Shown here: piece after piece, positions 1-31,800 of the stretch | Numbering within the stretch: position 1 is the first letter of the stretch | Layout of the letters: each line of letters opens with the position of its first letter | DNA from: Tubiluchus corallicola | Lineage: Eukaryota; Animalia; Priapulida | Assembly (NCBI GenBank): GCA_030141605.1 | Contig: JAQGDQ010000388.1 | Span: forward strand, 1 to 64,000 | Direction: 5' to 3' | Length of the DNA: 64,000 bases | Notes under the pieces: model-generated | Databases searched by the model: none | Told to the model about the DNA's origin: nothing | Seen by the model: the letters and a program-made list of their open reading frames with translations, nothing else | Position numbers and translations under genes: made by a program

Positions 1-246
<246 letters not shown>

Positions 247-834
247 TAGTGGAAATTTATTCACATACCCAAACACTTTGCCATATTTTTTGTGCCATTC
301 GATGTCTGTGATATGAATTCCCTAAAAAAGTTAAACGAGCACATTTATATTCTGCAGTAGTAAGGATATTCGATTAAACAAATTTCAAATACGTGTTGTG
401 AAAAATGTGCTTCTGTACGCTCTTGTATTACATATTAAAATCCGAAAAAAGTCTTAAGCAACAAAGATTTATTTGAAAACGAGGCAAGTTTTTGCCTAAA
501 CGTGTATGTACCTGTCTCGTGAAATAGTCGTCCCGCATATGAACAACGCATTTAAGCCTTATTGCACTGAAAGTTTATGAATAGTAATCGTGCGTTGTCA
601 CTTAACCGTGAAAAAGTTTTTATATTCTAGAAATATAATATCAATTATATTTTCATGGAATCATCAAATTTATGGAATAAGGAAAGTTGCTTACTCTTCG
701 TATAATTGACAAAAAATTTCCTATAAATGGTAACACTGGTTTTGGTCCAGGAACACCACGTTTAACCCAAACATCGTTGTTAATTGAGCCATACCTGCAA
801 AATCCAACACAGTCTTTTTATAAATATGCAGATG

Positions 835-3146
835 ATACCTGTAATACCCCAAACACCGAAATAACTCAAATGGGTTTTGGCCTACTGTACCCCAAACACT
901 CAAATAACTTGAATGAATGTTGGCCTACTACACCCCAAAAACTAAAATAACTAGGATGAATGTTTGCCTACTGTACCCCAAACACTAAAATAACTTGAAT
1001 GAATGTTGGCCTACTACACCTCAAAACTAAATTAACTAGGGTGAATGTTGGCTACTACACCCAAAACTAAAGTAACTAGAATGAATGTTGGCTAGTACAC
1101 CCAAAACTAAAATAACTAGGATGAATGTTTGCCTACTGTGCCCCAAACACTGAAATAACCTGAATGAATGTTGGTCTACTACACCCCAAAAACTAAAGTA
1201 AGTAGAATGAATGTTGACCTACTACACCCAAAACTAAAGTAACTAGAATGAATGTTGGCTAGTACACCCAAAACTAAAATAACTAGGATGAATGTTTGCC
1301 TACTGTGCCCCAAACACTGAAATAACCTGAATGAATGTTGGTCTACTACACCCCAAAAACTAAAGTAAGTAGAATGAATGTTGACCTACTACACCCAAAA
1401 CTAAAGTAACTAGAATGAATGTTGGCCTACTACACCCAAAACTAAAGTAACTAGAATGAATGTTGGCCTACTACACCCCAAAAACTAAAGTAACTAGAAT
1501 GAATGTTGACTACTACACCCAAAACTAAAGTAACTAAAATGAATGTTGACTTACTACACCCCAAAAACTAAAGTAACTAGAATGAATGTTGGCCTACTAC
1601 ACCCCAAAAACTAAAGTAACTAGAATGAATGTTGGCTAGTACACCCAAAACTAAAATAACTAGGATGAATGTTTGCCTACTGTGCCCCAAACACTGAAAT
1701 AACCTGAATGAATGTTGGTCTACTACACCCCAAAAACTAAAGTAAGTAGAATGAATGTTGACCTACTACACCCAAAACTAAAGTAACTAGAATGAATGTT
1801 GGCCTACTACACCCAAAACTAAAGTAACTAGGATGAATGTTGGCCTACTGCACCCCAAGAACTAAAGTAACTAGAATGAATGTTGACCTACTACACCCAA
1901 AACTAAAGTAACTAGGATGAATGTTGGCCTACTGCACCCCCAAGAACTAAAGTAACTAGAATGAATGTTGGCCTACTACACCCCAAAAACTAAAGTAACT
2001 AGAATGAATGTTGGCTACTACAGCCAAAACTAAGTAACTAGAATGAATGTTGACTTACTACACCCCAAAAACTAAAGTAACTAGAATGAATGTTGGCCTA
2101 CTACACCCAAAACTAAAATAACTAGAATGAATGTTGACTACTACACCCCAAAAACTAAAGTAACTAAAATGAGTGTTGACTTACTGCACCCCAAAAACTA
2201 AAGTAACTAGAATGAATGTTGGCCTACTACACCCCAAAAACTAAAGTAACTAGAATGAATGTTGGCTACTACACCCAAAACTAAAGTAACTAGGATGAAT
2301 GTTGGCCTACTACACCCCAAGAACTAAAGTAACTAGAATGAATGTTGGCCTACTACACCCAAAACTAAAATAACTAGAATGAATGTTGGCCTACTACACC
2401 CCAAAAACTAAAGTAACTAGAATGAATGTTGGCTACTACAGCCAAAACTAAGTAACTAGAATGAATGTTGACTTACTACACCCCAAAAACTAAAGTAACT
2501 AGAATGAATGTTGGCCTACTACACCCAAAACTAAAATAACTAGAATGAATGTTGGCTACTCCCAAACTAAAGTAACTAGAATGAATGTTGGCCTACTGCA
2601 CCCCAAGAACTAAAGTAACTAGAATGAATGTTGACCTACTACACTCAAAACTAAAGTAACTAGAATGAATGTTGGCCTACTACACCCAAAACTAAAGTAA
2701 CTAGGATGAATGTTGGCCTACTGCACCCCAAGAACTAAAGTAACTAGAATGAATGTTGGCCTACTACACCCAAAACTAAAATAACTAGAATTAATGTTGG
2801 CCTACTACACCCCAAAAACTAAAGTAACTAGAATGAATGTTGGCCTACTACAGCCAAAACTAAGTAACTAGAATGAATGTTGACCTACTATACCCCAAAA
2901 ACTAAAGTACCTAGAATGAATGTTGGCTACTACACCCTAAACTATAGTAAATAGAATGCATGTTGGCTACTACACCCAAAACTATAGTAACTAGAATGAA
3001 TGTTGGCTACTGCACCCCAAAAACTAAAGTAGGCTAACTAGACGGAATGTTGGCCTACTGCACCCCAAAATCTATAATAACTAGAATGAATGTTGGTATA
3101 CTACACTTCAAACACTGAAATAGCTCAAATGAAATAACTCGAATGT
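835..3146. repeat. ~41-43 bp minisatellite array (roughly 55 copies) with higher-order structure
   Basis: Unit approx. TAGAATGAATGTTGGCCTACTACACCCCAAAAACTAAAGTAAC, head-to-tail with no spacers; a variant block recurs at 1117, 1284 and 1661; both edges are degenerate. Confidence 0.96.
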
Positions 3147-6100
3147 CTATTTTGATAACGAACAACGAGTCTTTGAAACAGGCAACAACAACACCAACAA
3201 CCACATAATCATCATCAACAACAACAACAACAACAGTCCGGTATTTTTATACTAAAACTAAACTAGCAGGATGTTATACTAAAACTAAGAACGTGCCAGC
3301 ACAGAGAACAACAAACATTTTTAATATTACCATGTATTTTTTGTTTACAGTTTATTTTGGTGTTTCGAACTCGGACCAGATGCGGTTGAATAACTCCTCA
3401 GTAAAACCCTTGGCAGCTCGTATCGCCTCAACAGTTTATCATACTAACTGACTAAGACGACTTACAAATCACTCTAAAGATATAACATAAGCTTTTTTAT
3501 TCATATTACATTAAAATGGTGTACTTACAAATAAAGCAGGTATAAAGTTATGGCCAAGCCAAGTAACCAGTTGTTTATGTAAATTAGACCCAAAATCCAC
3601 ATGGCTTTTAGACTTCACGCTTCACTGAAAAAAAATCAATAACAACAACAGCATATCCAGTATTAAAACTCGAGTTTGTAACTAGAAATTATGCCCTTGC
3701 ATATGAACCTGAACTGTTTTCGTGTCTTTCAATTTCAGTTTTTCATTTCAAATTTTAAATACTTCTTTAGCTTAGGCGCAGCCTCACTTCTCAATTCCTA
3801 CATACATTAAAATTTCATTGTATGAGTCATGTATTTGCAAGTGATCTAATTATTAACCAACTCTGAATATAGTTAATGCGTAATGCTAATGAACTTCAAT
3901 ACCAACTTGAAACGAAATTTTGTAAGTGCAAGTGAAGTTAACTGAGAACATACCGCGCATACAAAAAAATCCTAAGAAAATCGTAATAACATACCGGCTA
4001 TAAAGAAATTAAGTTTAGCTAACCAAGCCCCTGAGCAAGTGCACAACTGAATATTAGAACACGCAGGGGGCACTGAGCGGAGCAATGTTCAATTATTATT
4101 TAACCATCTAATGTAAAACTGTTAACCAGTTCTTTCAAGGACAGGCTTTTACTGTTTACCGTATTCGCACGGATATTCACCAAGCCACCGAATTCAATTC
4201 AGCTCGACTGTAATCACTCTTTGCTTCATCAAAGCACATCTTACGAAACAATAATCAGGCGGAGTTAAATATTATTTATTTATATGTTTATTGGGTAATT
4301 TGCTTCAATATTTTGACCGTGAATTTCGATTAAATATCAAAGACATGGTGTTTGGAAGAGTTATAAAGCGTTAACGAGATATATATAGGCGTAAAATAAT
4401 CGTAATTTTGATTAATCCTAGTGAAAATTTCATTAGTAAATTGCTTGATCTGTGATTTGACACTTGTTTGACTTGAGAACGCACTTTAATCAAAAATTTG
4501 AAAAAATTACATAAACTATTCATTTTCCCTCCGCAAGACAACAGCTAGAGACAATACTTCGGATGAAAATGTCAAGAAGTAGTTCCTCTGGCGGTCATTC
4601 ACACACCTGCTGCTCAGACGCAGTGCTGCATAACTGATGCCAAATTCATACCATGATTGCATAGCTATTCTCTTCTCTCTAAATTAATTTTTTAAATAAT
4701 TGTAATAGATTATTACATGTTATTATAAAAATAGTAATTACAGAAGATACTGAAAAGAATAATTACCCGCTTGGGGTACTGATTACTTAAAGACAGTACT
4801 ATGATAAGAAGTGTAACTCTTTATCTCCTTCGCGCTATCTGTCGGCATGTAAGTAATGTAACATATATGTATAGTAAACTTACCGATTGTTCTAAGAATT
4901 CCTTGGGATAAAAGAATCGAAAACAAATTACAATTACTGTAAATTAGTTTACCAAAAAACACAGTCATGATTACTTTTCTAATTACTGCAGTCTATATCT
5001 TTTCTCGAAATGATTTCGAAGTGAGACGAATAACTGGGTGGTTACGGTGTATACCTAGCAAGTGAAGTGTATCCACACCGAATCTGGTTAATAAGCAGAT
5101 GGGAAATTGTCTGAAAAAATGCGTTTGGGCGGTTTATTTTGTTATACTGCCCTCACCCCGTGTAAGAGAATTTGTAAGAAATTATGCTACCTTTATCCTG
5201 TGTAGGAGAATGTATATTAATGTAAACATGGTTAAAACACATGGTCCATCCTTGACAATGAACTAAGTTGCGATTCTGCCACCACCAAGATTGCAGTCGT
5301 TCAATATCGGAAATTTTGTTTCTCCTCACGGGCCTTATCTATAAAACCGCAGCATATTCCGTAAATTTCGAATTGTTCAACACATGCATCGTCCTCCTTA
5401 AATCTAAAATTCGAAATCAAGCAAACCTTCGTAAATTTTACATCACATCTAGCACAAAGAAAGCAAGTACATAAAACTATATAGCACTAACTAACTGACT
5501 ACTTTTAGTCCTATTCTAGTAGCTTTACATAAGTAAGCAATTCGTCAAGTTACACGCTTTGAACTTGGAAGTGTAAATAGTAACTAACAAATGAATACAA
5601 CAGGAGCGATTATATTCATTTTTGGCCTAGTAGTTTATAAAAACCAAATCGATTTGTAGGATTCTAGTAAATCTAGCGTCTAGACTGTCATGTTATTCAG
5701 GTAATCGCCAGCCGTCGCATCGATTTACCACGTTACGACCAACTGAGACGGCAGAATTGTATTAGAACAGCTGAATCCGGGAAACTGATGATTTCAACGC
5801 TTACTCATGTAAACCGGATATTGGTCGGACGCAACCATTTTCAGCCGAGGGATGCGTGTGGATAGCGGCGAGTTATTGGGTAAATGGCTTGATGTTAAGA
5901 AGGTATTAAAGAACAAATTCCTGCTAAAAGCGATTTGTAGAAGAAAAATAAACGTTAGGAAAGTTAAATTAAATTACGCGGATGTGTAATCACATTTCGG
6001 TCTTTTTTGTTTTTAGTAAAATAATTGTTAGAAATAGTGAAAAGTCGCACTCTGTTATTAAGTTATGTAGGAAATTAAAAATTGATGTTTTCATACGCTA

Positions 6101-6929
6101 TGTAGATTCAAATGAGTAAGTTTTGCAAAAATAAACAAAAAAAACTTCTTGAAAAAAGAGTCGCTCCTGCACCGGATGTTATTCTTAAGACAGCATTTCA
6201 TAGACTCTAGGCACAAATTCCTTACGCATGATGTAACAGTGGATTAAGTGGAATGGTGGAGCTAATGAAATAAAGCTCGGCTACTGTAATCTGAAGAATA
6301 TATAATTATTCTTTTCATAGTAGCAAGTAATATACTAGACAATCTTTTACGTTTACTACAGCACTAATTTAATTATTTCTGCAACAGTTTTGAAAAATGT
6401 GTGTAGTCCTGTGTAGGTGAACGTACGGGTTTCATTTTTCTCTCCCCGTTTGTCGTCTGTAAACCAAATATACATTTGTATGTATGTATGTTTATATATG
6501 TATATATGTAAGGCAATATATATGTAATATATATATATTATTAAAGCAGCATTATAAAAACTACGAAAATTATTTAAATTTAATTATTTTTCCAGATCAA
6601 AAGATGTGGAAAGAATTATAGTTATAATAAAAACTTGTTTCAATTTTTATGCATACTATAAACACTTCTTACACTGGACACTATCACCGCTCCCCTTCTA
6701 CTTGCTACGCGCCTTGTGAAATTATGAGTGGAGGTGCTGCACATCCATCCAACCTCCCCCTTCTACTTGGTATGTGCCTTGTGAAGTTATGAGTGGACGT
6801 GCTGGGGTTTCCGCCGCACATCTTTGCTGTGAACGTCAGGGAGCGTAGCTTTTACCTTGAACTACACAGACATCAGCTCTTGAAGACCTCAGCATTCTTA
6901 ACTCAAGCTTTCTGCTGTTTACAAACAAA

Positions 6930-23000
<16,071 letters not shown>

Positions 23001-24141
23001 AAGAAAGTAGAAGAGCAAAGTCAATTTGTCCTGAGGACTTACAACCAGACAGTGAAGCATATCAGTGTCACATTTTTAAGTACAGCTCAGAGATATCAGT
23101 TAGAATAGGCTGACTGTAATAAGCTTATAAAAGCATATAAATGCAAAATAATTTGTGAGGCTGAGCCTTTATGGGAACTTGTAGGAGTTCAATTAAGTTC
23201 CCAAAGAATTGTTAACGTTAATCTTGTGCTCAAGAGCTGTTTTAAAGCACCTTCTTAAAATTACAGTAATCTGCCTATTACGAAAGACTAAAAATATTGT
23301 GATGTACTGCAGCATCGCAGAGAAGTAACTACATGTAATTTAGATAGACGCTCAGCACCGCTGTCCGTCCAAACAGTTATATATTAAGGCAGGTAATTGC
23401 CAAATATTTCTAACTTACTGGAGTACGTACTGCTTCGTATTTTGTAATGTCTCGCTTCTAGAGCTTGTGAGCCAAATGTAATGTTTTTTACTTGTAATAT
23501 TTATAAAACTAATAACGTTATGATATTATTATGAGCAAAAGCGCTTTTTCTTGTGGTCACTTCTATAATTAGTTTCTGATTTGGAGTTTACATAGTTATA
23601 GGTCTCGTTTAGTACTAATATACGCGGCATAATTTTATTTATTGTGGACGAGGAAAATAATTAAGTGGTCACGGAGTGTGCTGCCATGAACATTTAAGCA
23701 ATGTCAGATCACGTTAGTAAATGGATTAATGAAAACCCGGCATCAGGCGATCACATGTGCCATACTGCCTACGGCTACTTCTTATGCACCTGAACAGGTT
23801 GAAATATCTCAACCATCCCGGGGCCTCATCACAGAGGATTATTTTTTATAAAGACATTATTGTCGAAGTGCCGGTCCTGATACCACCTTCTATATTAGAT
23901 AATCCTGCTGGTGAGTGCTAATGCGGGCTTGCAGAATAATTAGCTGTATAGGAGGGAAACAATTTTTCTGCTGTTTTTTATTTTATTTATTTTAGTTGTT
24001 TTTTAATGCCAACAGTGGTGCTATATGTAATTTAATAAGAAATATGATTGATTAAATAATTATAAACCTATAAAATCGTTGTATTTCTAACTTCTAGTTA
24101 AAGCTTCTAGCAAAAAATATGACTAATTATAGGTTTTACAC

Positions 24142-24315
24142 GTCAAATGTAGACACAGGAAAGTTCAAATGTGACTTAGGTAAGTCAAATGTAGACAAGA
24201 ATTTCAAATGTGTTTTGGTAACTCAAAGGTGACTTAGGTAAGTCAAATGTAGACAGGAATTTCGAATGTATTTTTGTAACTCAGGTGTGACTTAGGTAAG
24301 ACAAATGTAGACAAA
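24142..24315. repeat. Short tandem repeat (~40-60 bp units)
   Basis: GTGACTTAGGTAAGTCAAATGTAGACA-like unit repeated three times. Confidence 0.8.
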
Positions 24316-24964
24316 ATTGTTCTTTCCTAATAATGACCTAGATTCGGATTCCTTCAACATTAGTAGCATGCAGTTGAAAGCTAGATATACTGCCTTGCAA
24401 TGATCTGAATTAACAAAAAGTGTTTTAGTAATTTAAGTAAAACAATGCTCTTATCCAAAAACAAAAAACAAAACATTGAGTTACATGTAATTAAAACAGC
24501 TTGACCATCTGATTGGCTGGTATACTTTTCTAAATAAATTCTCATACTCGAACAAAAATCAATATTTTTTAAAAATATGAAACGTCTAGTGAAATCTTTC
24601 ACAATTCAGCAAAAACCGTAACAGTTTGAACTTTGCTGAACAGCAAAGGTTTATAATTTAATGACAAATTCCAATTACTTGATGTAATAGCTTGTTCTTG
24701 AAAAAAATAAGTCTGCCTAAATTATGCACACACTTTCTAACCACATAACTACTATAAGGTCTAATAACATTTAAAACAGCAATACTGCATACCAACCAAC
24801 TGTTATTGCTAGATATACCTCTTGCAATGGTCTGAATTGATAAAAAATAACTTGGAATTTTAAGTATAGCAAGAATCTTATTCAAAAACAAGTGACGCTA
24901 TTCAAGAAAAATAATTCAGTCAAATTTGGATAAATGATGACCTCTTACATTATATGAACTTTTA

Positions 24965-25380
24965 CTGGGAGGTGCAAACACAACAAGAAACACTACAGAA
25001 CAATTTATTGGATCAAAGTATAGCTGTAGTCATGGTGGACTTATCATGCCCTCAGTATTTAGTAATTTCTATTCTAGTAGGTTCGCTTCTTGTTCAGGTA
25101 TCCAGAATGGAGGTTAAGATGATCCAAGAATATATCATCATTGATATTCAAAAGATTGGCTTGTCATCTGTAGCAAGATATCTGAAGACATTGGTAAGAT
25201 GTCATGGAAGATTTTCTCTTCGACTCTGATCTACTCAAGTCTCCCATCACATTCCTCCCAGTCTGTAAGAGACGCACGAGACTTGCACACAAAATACTGA
25301 GGGCATAATATTCTCTATCCATTCAGCAATATTTTGATGTAATAGGTTGTTCTGTGCTCATTATTTTTGTACCCCTAGGT
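24965..25380. mobile_element. Foldback/MITE-like element with ~100 bp imperfect arms
   Basis: CAGAACAATTTATTGGATCAAAGTATAGCTG pairs with CAGCAATATTTTGATGTAATAGGTTGTTCTG; ATGCCCTCAGTATTT (25047) pairs perfectly with AAATACTGAGGGCAT (25292). Confidence 0.7.
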
Positions 25381-25706
25381 TACGTTTTACCCTGGAACAG
25401 AGTTGAAAATAAAACGCTGAGATTTAGTAAAAGGGAGAGAGAAGTAAAATCCGTAAAAACTGTTTTTCTTAAATGAAGATATTTTAAATGGGCGTCCATG
25501 TTATTTCGTAATTAGAATGACTCACAACGTCAGCTGAACTTTGGATCTGTGATAATTTTATGAACTCAGTAGCTTGTAAGTGATATTTACATAAATTTGA
25601 CATATAGTTACTCCATTCAGTGCCTACGTTATAATAAAAGGCTGCCTGAAACATGCTTGAAATATAATCATATAAGGCTATTAATGCACCTTTTGATGTG
25701 AGAAAG

Positions 25707-25823
25707 ATGGCAAAATTCTTTTCACTATTAAAAATATTGGCGCTTTTTCTGCTTCTCGTTCCCAGTTTCAGCAACCAACTTACAGAAGAAGAAAAGAAAT
25801 CATTGGATGAATTTATCGAAGCT
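25707..25823 (+). CDS. Beta-lactamase-family gene exon 1 (signal peptide)
   Basis: ATG 25707; MAKFF...LDEFIEA|gtaagt. Confidence 0.85.
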
Positions 25824-28800
25824 GTAAGTTTGTTAATTAAGGTTAACGTAATTTATAACACACATATTATTATTTTAAGTGAAATAATTAAGCAAATCAC
25901 TTATGAATGGTACGTACCTGTATAATTATGATTTTTAGTTTTTTGATTTTTCAATTATCATATTGTATAATTACGATTTTTGTTTTTTGATTTTTCAACT
26001 ATCATGTTGTGTAATTATGATTTTTGTTTTTTGATTTTTCAGTCATTATGCTGTATAATTATGATTTTTTGTTTTTTGATTTTTCAATTATTATGTTGTA
26101 TAATTATGATTTTTTGTTTTTTGATTTTTCAATTATTATGCTGTATAATTATGATTTTTTTTTGATTTTTCAATTATTATGCTGTATAATTATGATTTTT
26201 GTTTTTTTTTATTTTTCAATCATTATGCTGTATAATTATGATTTTTGTTTTTTTATTTTTCAATCATTATGCTGTATAATTATGATTTTTGTTTTTCAAT
26301 TTTTCAATTATTATGCCGTATAATTATAATTTTTTGATTTTTGATGTTTCAATTATTATGCTGCATAATTATGATTTTTTGTTTTTTTGATTTTTCAATT
26401 ATTGCTGCCAAGTATAATTGCCAAGTATAATTGTGACAACTTATCAACATAATTTTTTTTCAACATAAGTGCTTACTTAAACTAAACTTTTTCGCATTCA
26501 CATACAGGCACACCACAAATGTGGAGATGCAAAAACAAAGACTACAACTACAAGTTTAATAGTTGTAAAAATGTATATTTGTTTATACACATCATACACT
26601 GCAATTTGTAAAAGCAAGAGCCCAGCAAGTGACAGGAACACAGCAGTATGGTTAAATAATGTCGAGTACATTAGTAAGAGGATACAGGAACACAGCAGTA
26701 TGATTAAAAAATGTCGAGTACATTAGTAAGAGGATGGATGAACAGGAAAACTGCTTCTGGCAATTTTGGCAATGACTCACCCCAATCCGACTATTTACTA
26801 CACTGAATGAAGAGTGGGCGCCCACGAACATCTAAGACGCCTATGCTTATTCTTTGTCTCATCTTAAAAGGATTGTCTTGAAAGTTAACTAGATTTCGAT
26901 CCTGCTACAAGCATGTACATTTAGTCGGCCTTGCTGCCAACCGAATAGGCCTTGGAGAGGTAAGCTGTATAAAATGTATCTTATTAGACACTATCAAACC
27001 TGTTGTATTTCATTTCACTTCTGTTTTTTATCACAGCTCATGACCTGCACACATTTGGGACCTGCTGTCAGCATAGTCTTGTTGCGGAATGATGATATTG
27101 TCTACAATAAAGCTCTTGGTAAAGCGGATGTTCTAAATGATGAGGATGCAACGCCCGAGCATCGGTTTTGCATCGCGTCAGTCACCAAGTCTTTTACCTC
27201 CACACTGCTAGCCACGTTGTTAATGGAAAACACGTAAGCTAACAAACAATTTTGTCTGAGCTCACTTCATTTTAAAGTATACGTTTTCTGAGCGATTTTT
27301 CAGTTAAGGCCAAACAGTTTCCCGTCTTTATAAATTTTCGTACATTAATTTCTAGCAGTCTCTTTGGTAAAATCTCATTTTCTCGCCATTGTAGCTGACC
27401 TGCCGAGCGTCGCTCGGTTCCTAGGTCGCCTATTTAAGGGAAAGTAGCTTTGCAACATCTATCATAGTTGAAGAGAATGCTTTTGTGCCATGCAGTGTTT
27501 CTGAACGTCATGACTGACACAGTTAAAACGAAAACAGGCACAACTAACTTTTTAACTCATTTACAATTCTTTTTCATAGTTTCATGTGACTCAGTATGTT
27601 ACATGCAGTTAAGAAGCTGGACATACCAAGTTACGCCAGAAATGATAAGAATGAAAACACCACAATAGGATGCTTATAAAGAAACTTTATATATCAGTTT
27701 TCACATTCAGTATATGCACGTAAGATGTGAAACATAACTTTTTGCTATGAGGGAACAAAAATAGTACAGAAAAATTATTAGACCAACGTATTGCTGAACC
27801 AATAAATAATTTATCAAACCGGTGAATATTTACTGTGGAAGCCCTGGCTTCTCGCACAGCCTAGAAACCTGAAGCATATGATCGAATGCAACTCGAAGAA
27901 CTCATGATCTTTCATCACACCTCGCAGGCGTTTCGTGGGATTTTCTTTTTAGTACAGATCGACGACACGTTCTTGCATCATCTTACCCTTCGTTCTGTCT
28001 TTTCTGAATAACTTCAGTAGGTTCGGGGAATTTGAAGTCCGGCAAATTTCTAAGCCATTTGGTTCGATCGAAAAATCTGTCCCCATGTTTTCGGTCCTGG
28101 ATCATACGCTTCAAAACTGCAGAGCGCAAGAGAGGCGCGAGGTTTCCACACTAAATATTGGGGACATGACAGATTCTCTATTGATTCAGCAATACTTCGA
28201 TGTTAGTATTAAATTGTTCAATGCTGTTACTTTTGGTTTTTATAATCCCTAGCAAAAGGCTGTGTAGCATCCTGTAGTTTTAAAAGTTTTTCTAATCCAA
28301 GATTCTTAACAAACTTCAAGGAAATTTTGATTTGTTAGGCAGTATAAATTTGACACTCCTGTTCAAGAAATTCTCGGGTCAGACTTTAGATTCCATGAAG
28401 AGCAGCGCACCACCTACGCCACTCTAGAGGATCTACTTGCTCATCGAATGGGATCTCAGAGGTTTGATGGCCCCATGATTTTAGGAGAATTCCTGAACAC
28501 TTCTAGCTCTGAACTTTCCTAGTGAGTAACGTAGTCATACAATAGTAAAATCTATTTCACAACGTCAATATTACAACAGCAATGTTTTAGACGATTGGTA
28601 CCCATACTCTATAGGCAAAATAATAGAAGTTAACTAGATGAACTAGTTTTTGGTGAGACACAGTTGGCGATAACAATGACTGCATTTCGTTCATTTACTA
28701 AAATTACAACAGTGTGTTATTATGGTCATTTCGGTAATAAAATGTTTCAAATGAGATCCACAAACAAAGACATGACGTCATTATTGCACTTAACAAGAGA

Positions 28801-31800
28801 GCTTTGTATTTTGCGCTACGTTTAAGCTCTGGGTTAAAAAAAACTCTTGCTAGGCTCGCCAACAGAGAAGTTTCGAAAGAAGTTCAAAAAGCAGATAAAT
28901 GACCAAATACCTAAATTAATATGTTTTAAGGAGGATATTAATTTTGATTATTGTTAGCTTTAAGCGGAATGTGAATGAATACTCCTAAGCAGCGTTTACC
29001 AGAGATCCGAAATTGCGTGCACGTTATTACTTATAGATGGTTATTCGTACCCATAATGCAAATTAGTTATGAGAACAGTATTTCTTTGTGTTTATTCACA
29101 TTTTCACGTTTCTACTGGAGCAGACCCAGGCCTTGTACAAAAAGCATTGAGTAAATTTGGAATGACAATATTTTGATTCTCACTGGTAAATCTAACTCCA
29201 CCTAAATTAGCTGCTTACTTAATCAGTACAAATTCGGTCCACGGTCCAAATAAAAGGGATAGGCTTATAGGTCATTTCAATTTCAGATAGGTGAAATTGT
29301 GACAGTTTAAGTCTGTTTTCAAGAAGTTGTTGTCACGCTTGACCAGTCCTTTCCTTACCTCTATTCAAACTGACTAAAAAAATTTGCAGTCGCTTGCAAT
29401 ATCTAGACGAAGTGTACTCACCCCGGACAGATTTTCACTACAATAACTACTACTATATGCTAGCTGGCCATGCTGCTGAGGTCATAAGCAATTCTGACAA
29501 AACTTACGAAGAACTGGTCAATGAGAGATTGCTGGAGCCACTCAAGATGAATTCTGGAGTGTGGCTGACACCGGAATTGGACGACTGGTCAATGATAGCA
29601 AAACCACACACGTATACAGATGACGGCCATTTTGTCAACATCGATGAAATTGCTGTGTAAGTAAGAAAATATCGAGAGGTACTACAGATTATACAATTAG
29701 TCAGTCTTATACATTTTATAGTTATAAAATCGCTTACTTATGTACGGAAGTGGAAATGCAGATGAAAATACATAAAACAAAATAAAATTTATTGATGAAA
29801 ATCAAAAGCTGAAACAAAGCAGATTAGATCAGCTTGACAATACCACAAATGCTCTGCGCCATCAGACAATTGCTGTAATCTTTAAAGGAATACCCGATCT
29901 AATCTTAAACTATACTTCAAAACAATCTACCCAATAAAATGTGCAAAGGGGACATTTTTTCGTAGATGATTTACGTGAAAGAGTTGTTACCACAGAAACG
30001 CAATTTCGCCTTCGCGCGGCTAGTTCTCCTATTAAATGCCTTTCGCCATTTGCTAGTTAGTTAGGCTCTAGAGCCTGCATCTCGGAAACGAGTTGCACAA
30101 AAAAGAGGTCTTGTACCTCTCAATTCAGTACAGTTGTTCAGTTGTGACACAGAGCACACGTTCGAAAGCTCAAGTGTGAACACAGCGGTAAACTTAAAAT
30201 TTGGCGAGTTTTGTTTATAACATTGAATGTTGTACTGTAGCGCTGTACTTCAATTTCAGCTTTCGCAAAAACATATAACACTCTCGCGGAATGTTTTTGC
30301 TGTTGAAAATTATGTTCATTTGTGATGTCATCACCATTCACGCTCGCCCACTGCTAATTAAATTTTTAACCTATTATTTAGTTATCAGAAACGCTTTGGC
30401 ATTATTATAAATGTTAAAATGTATACTTTTTACCGTACTGGGCCAGGATGTGAAAAATCATCCTACTTTCCTTTAAGCAATACATAAACAATACGTCTTA
30501 TTATTGCCGTCTTACAAAGGAACACGGGATTTATCACCCGTGACCACTTTTGTATCACCCGTGAGCTTTTTTTGAGTAAGAAAACGCTGAATATTTCATT
30601 GCACTCATTCTAGAATGGCACATCCAGCCCAAGCAGGTGGAGGCTTGTGTGCAACCATGTCAGACATGTCAACATGGATGCGCTTCCATATGGGAAATGG
30701 CAGTAACCCTGAAGGAGGCGACCAACTGGTGTCTCCCGAACTGCAATTGAACTTACACAAGGACCACCAACATTTGGACATGAGTACTTCTTCATTCATT
30801 GGTGAACCGTTTTATCCAGTAACAATGACAACCACTGGCTATGCATTAGGGTTTTTAACAGGGACGTACCGAGGTAAAGCACACTGTTTTGCATAACTCA
30901 CCAAAACAGAATATTGTTACTCAACGAGAATGTTGAAACAGAATAATAAAATAAAATTTCAATGCAAATATAACTATAGTTAAATGAAATCATTTATTTC
31001 AAATAATTTCTAAAACACAAAATAATTATGGAAATTTAGCTTGTATATGTAATTAGGCAAGGTACGCAGAGTTTTGATGTTAAAATATTTTCAAAGTATT
31101 TTTAGAATCTTTCTTGTTGCTACAGCAATCTTTTATCTTGTTGTAGGCTATCGTGTGCGGACCCACAATGGAGGTCTTTTTGGGTACAACACGCAAATGT
31201 GGCTGTTACCTGATATGGATGTTGGCATTATAGTGGGAAACAATGGACCAATGGATCTTGAAGTCATTGTTGCTGTCCAGTTACTAGCCATGTATGGTGT
31301 AGACATCCTTCTTGGTTTACAGCCATGGCTGGATGCTGGAATGGTGTGCAACTTTACAATGCCTATCCAAGACGTACAAAGTGACCTACCAGAGATAATG
31401 AAAGTACTACCTGTTCCCAACCTAGACCTGCCATTATCCAGGCATATTCCAAAGGCCCAACCTACCCATTTACAATTTTCTAAAGACACTGCAACACTGC
31501 CTCTTGAAAGCTACATTGGAAATTATGGACACCATTTTGGAGGAAATGTCGAAATCACGTACGACCCAGAGAAAGAATTGCTTCATTTCAAAATGGGTAT
31601 TGGAACCGCATATATTGAGCCAATAGGGAATCACACTTTCGCCGGGAAGTTCTATGGACTGTTGTGGTTTCTTGGTGAAGGCACCTCTCAAAGTTCTTCA
31701 ATGTTGTTGTACTTTCAACAAGATGCAAATGACCCAGAAAAAATTTCTTCAGTTGTGATCCCCTTATTGAGCGACGACTTGTACCCAGTGTTTATAAAAG

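Noticed and set aside
835-3146. CRISPR array
   Set aside because: Units are contiguous with no unique spacers, there are no cas genes and the context is eukaryotic; it is a minisatellite.
23700-23920. Orphan exon ending in a GTGAGT donor
   Set aside because: All plus-strand frames hit stops and there is no recognisable similarity.
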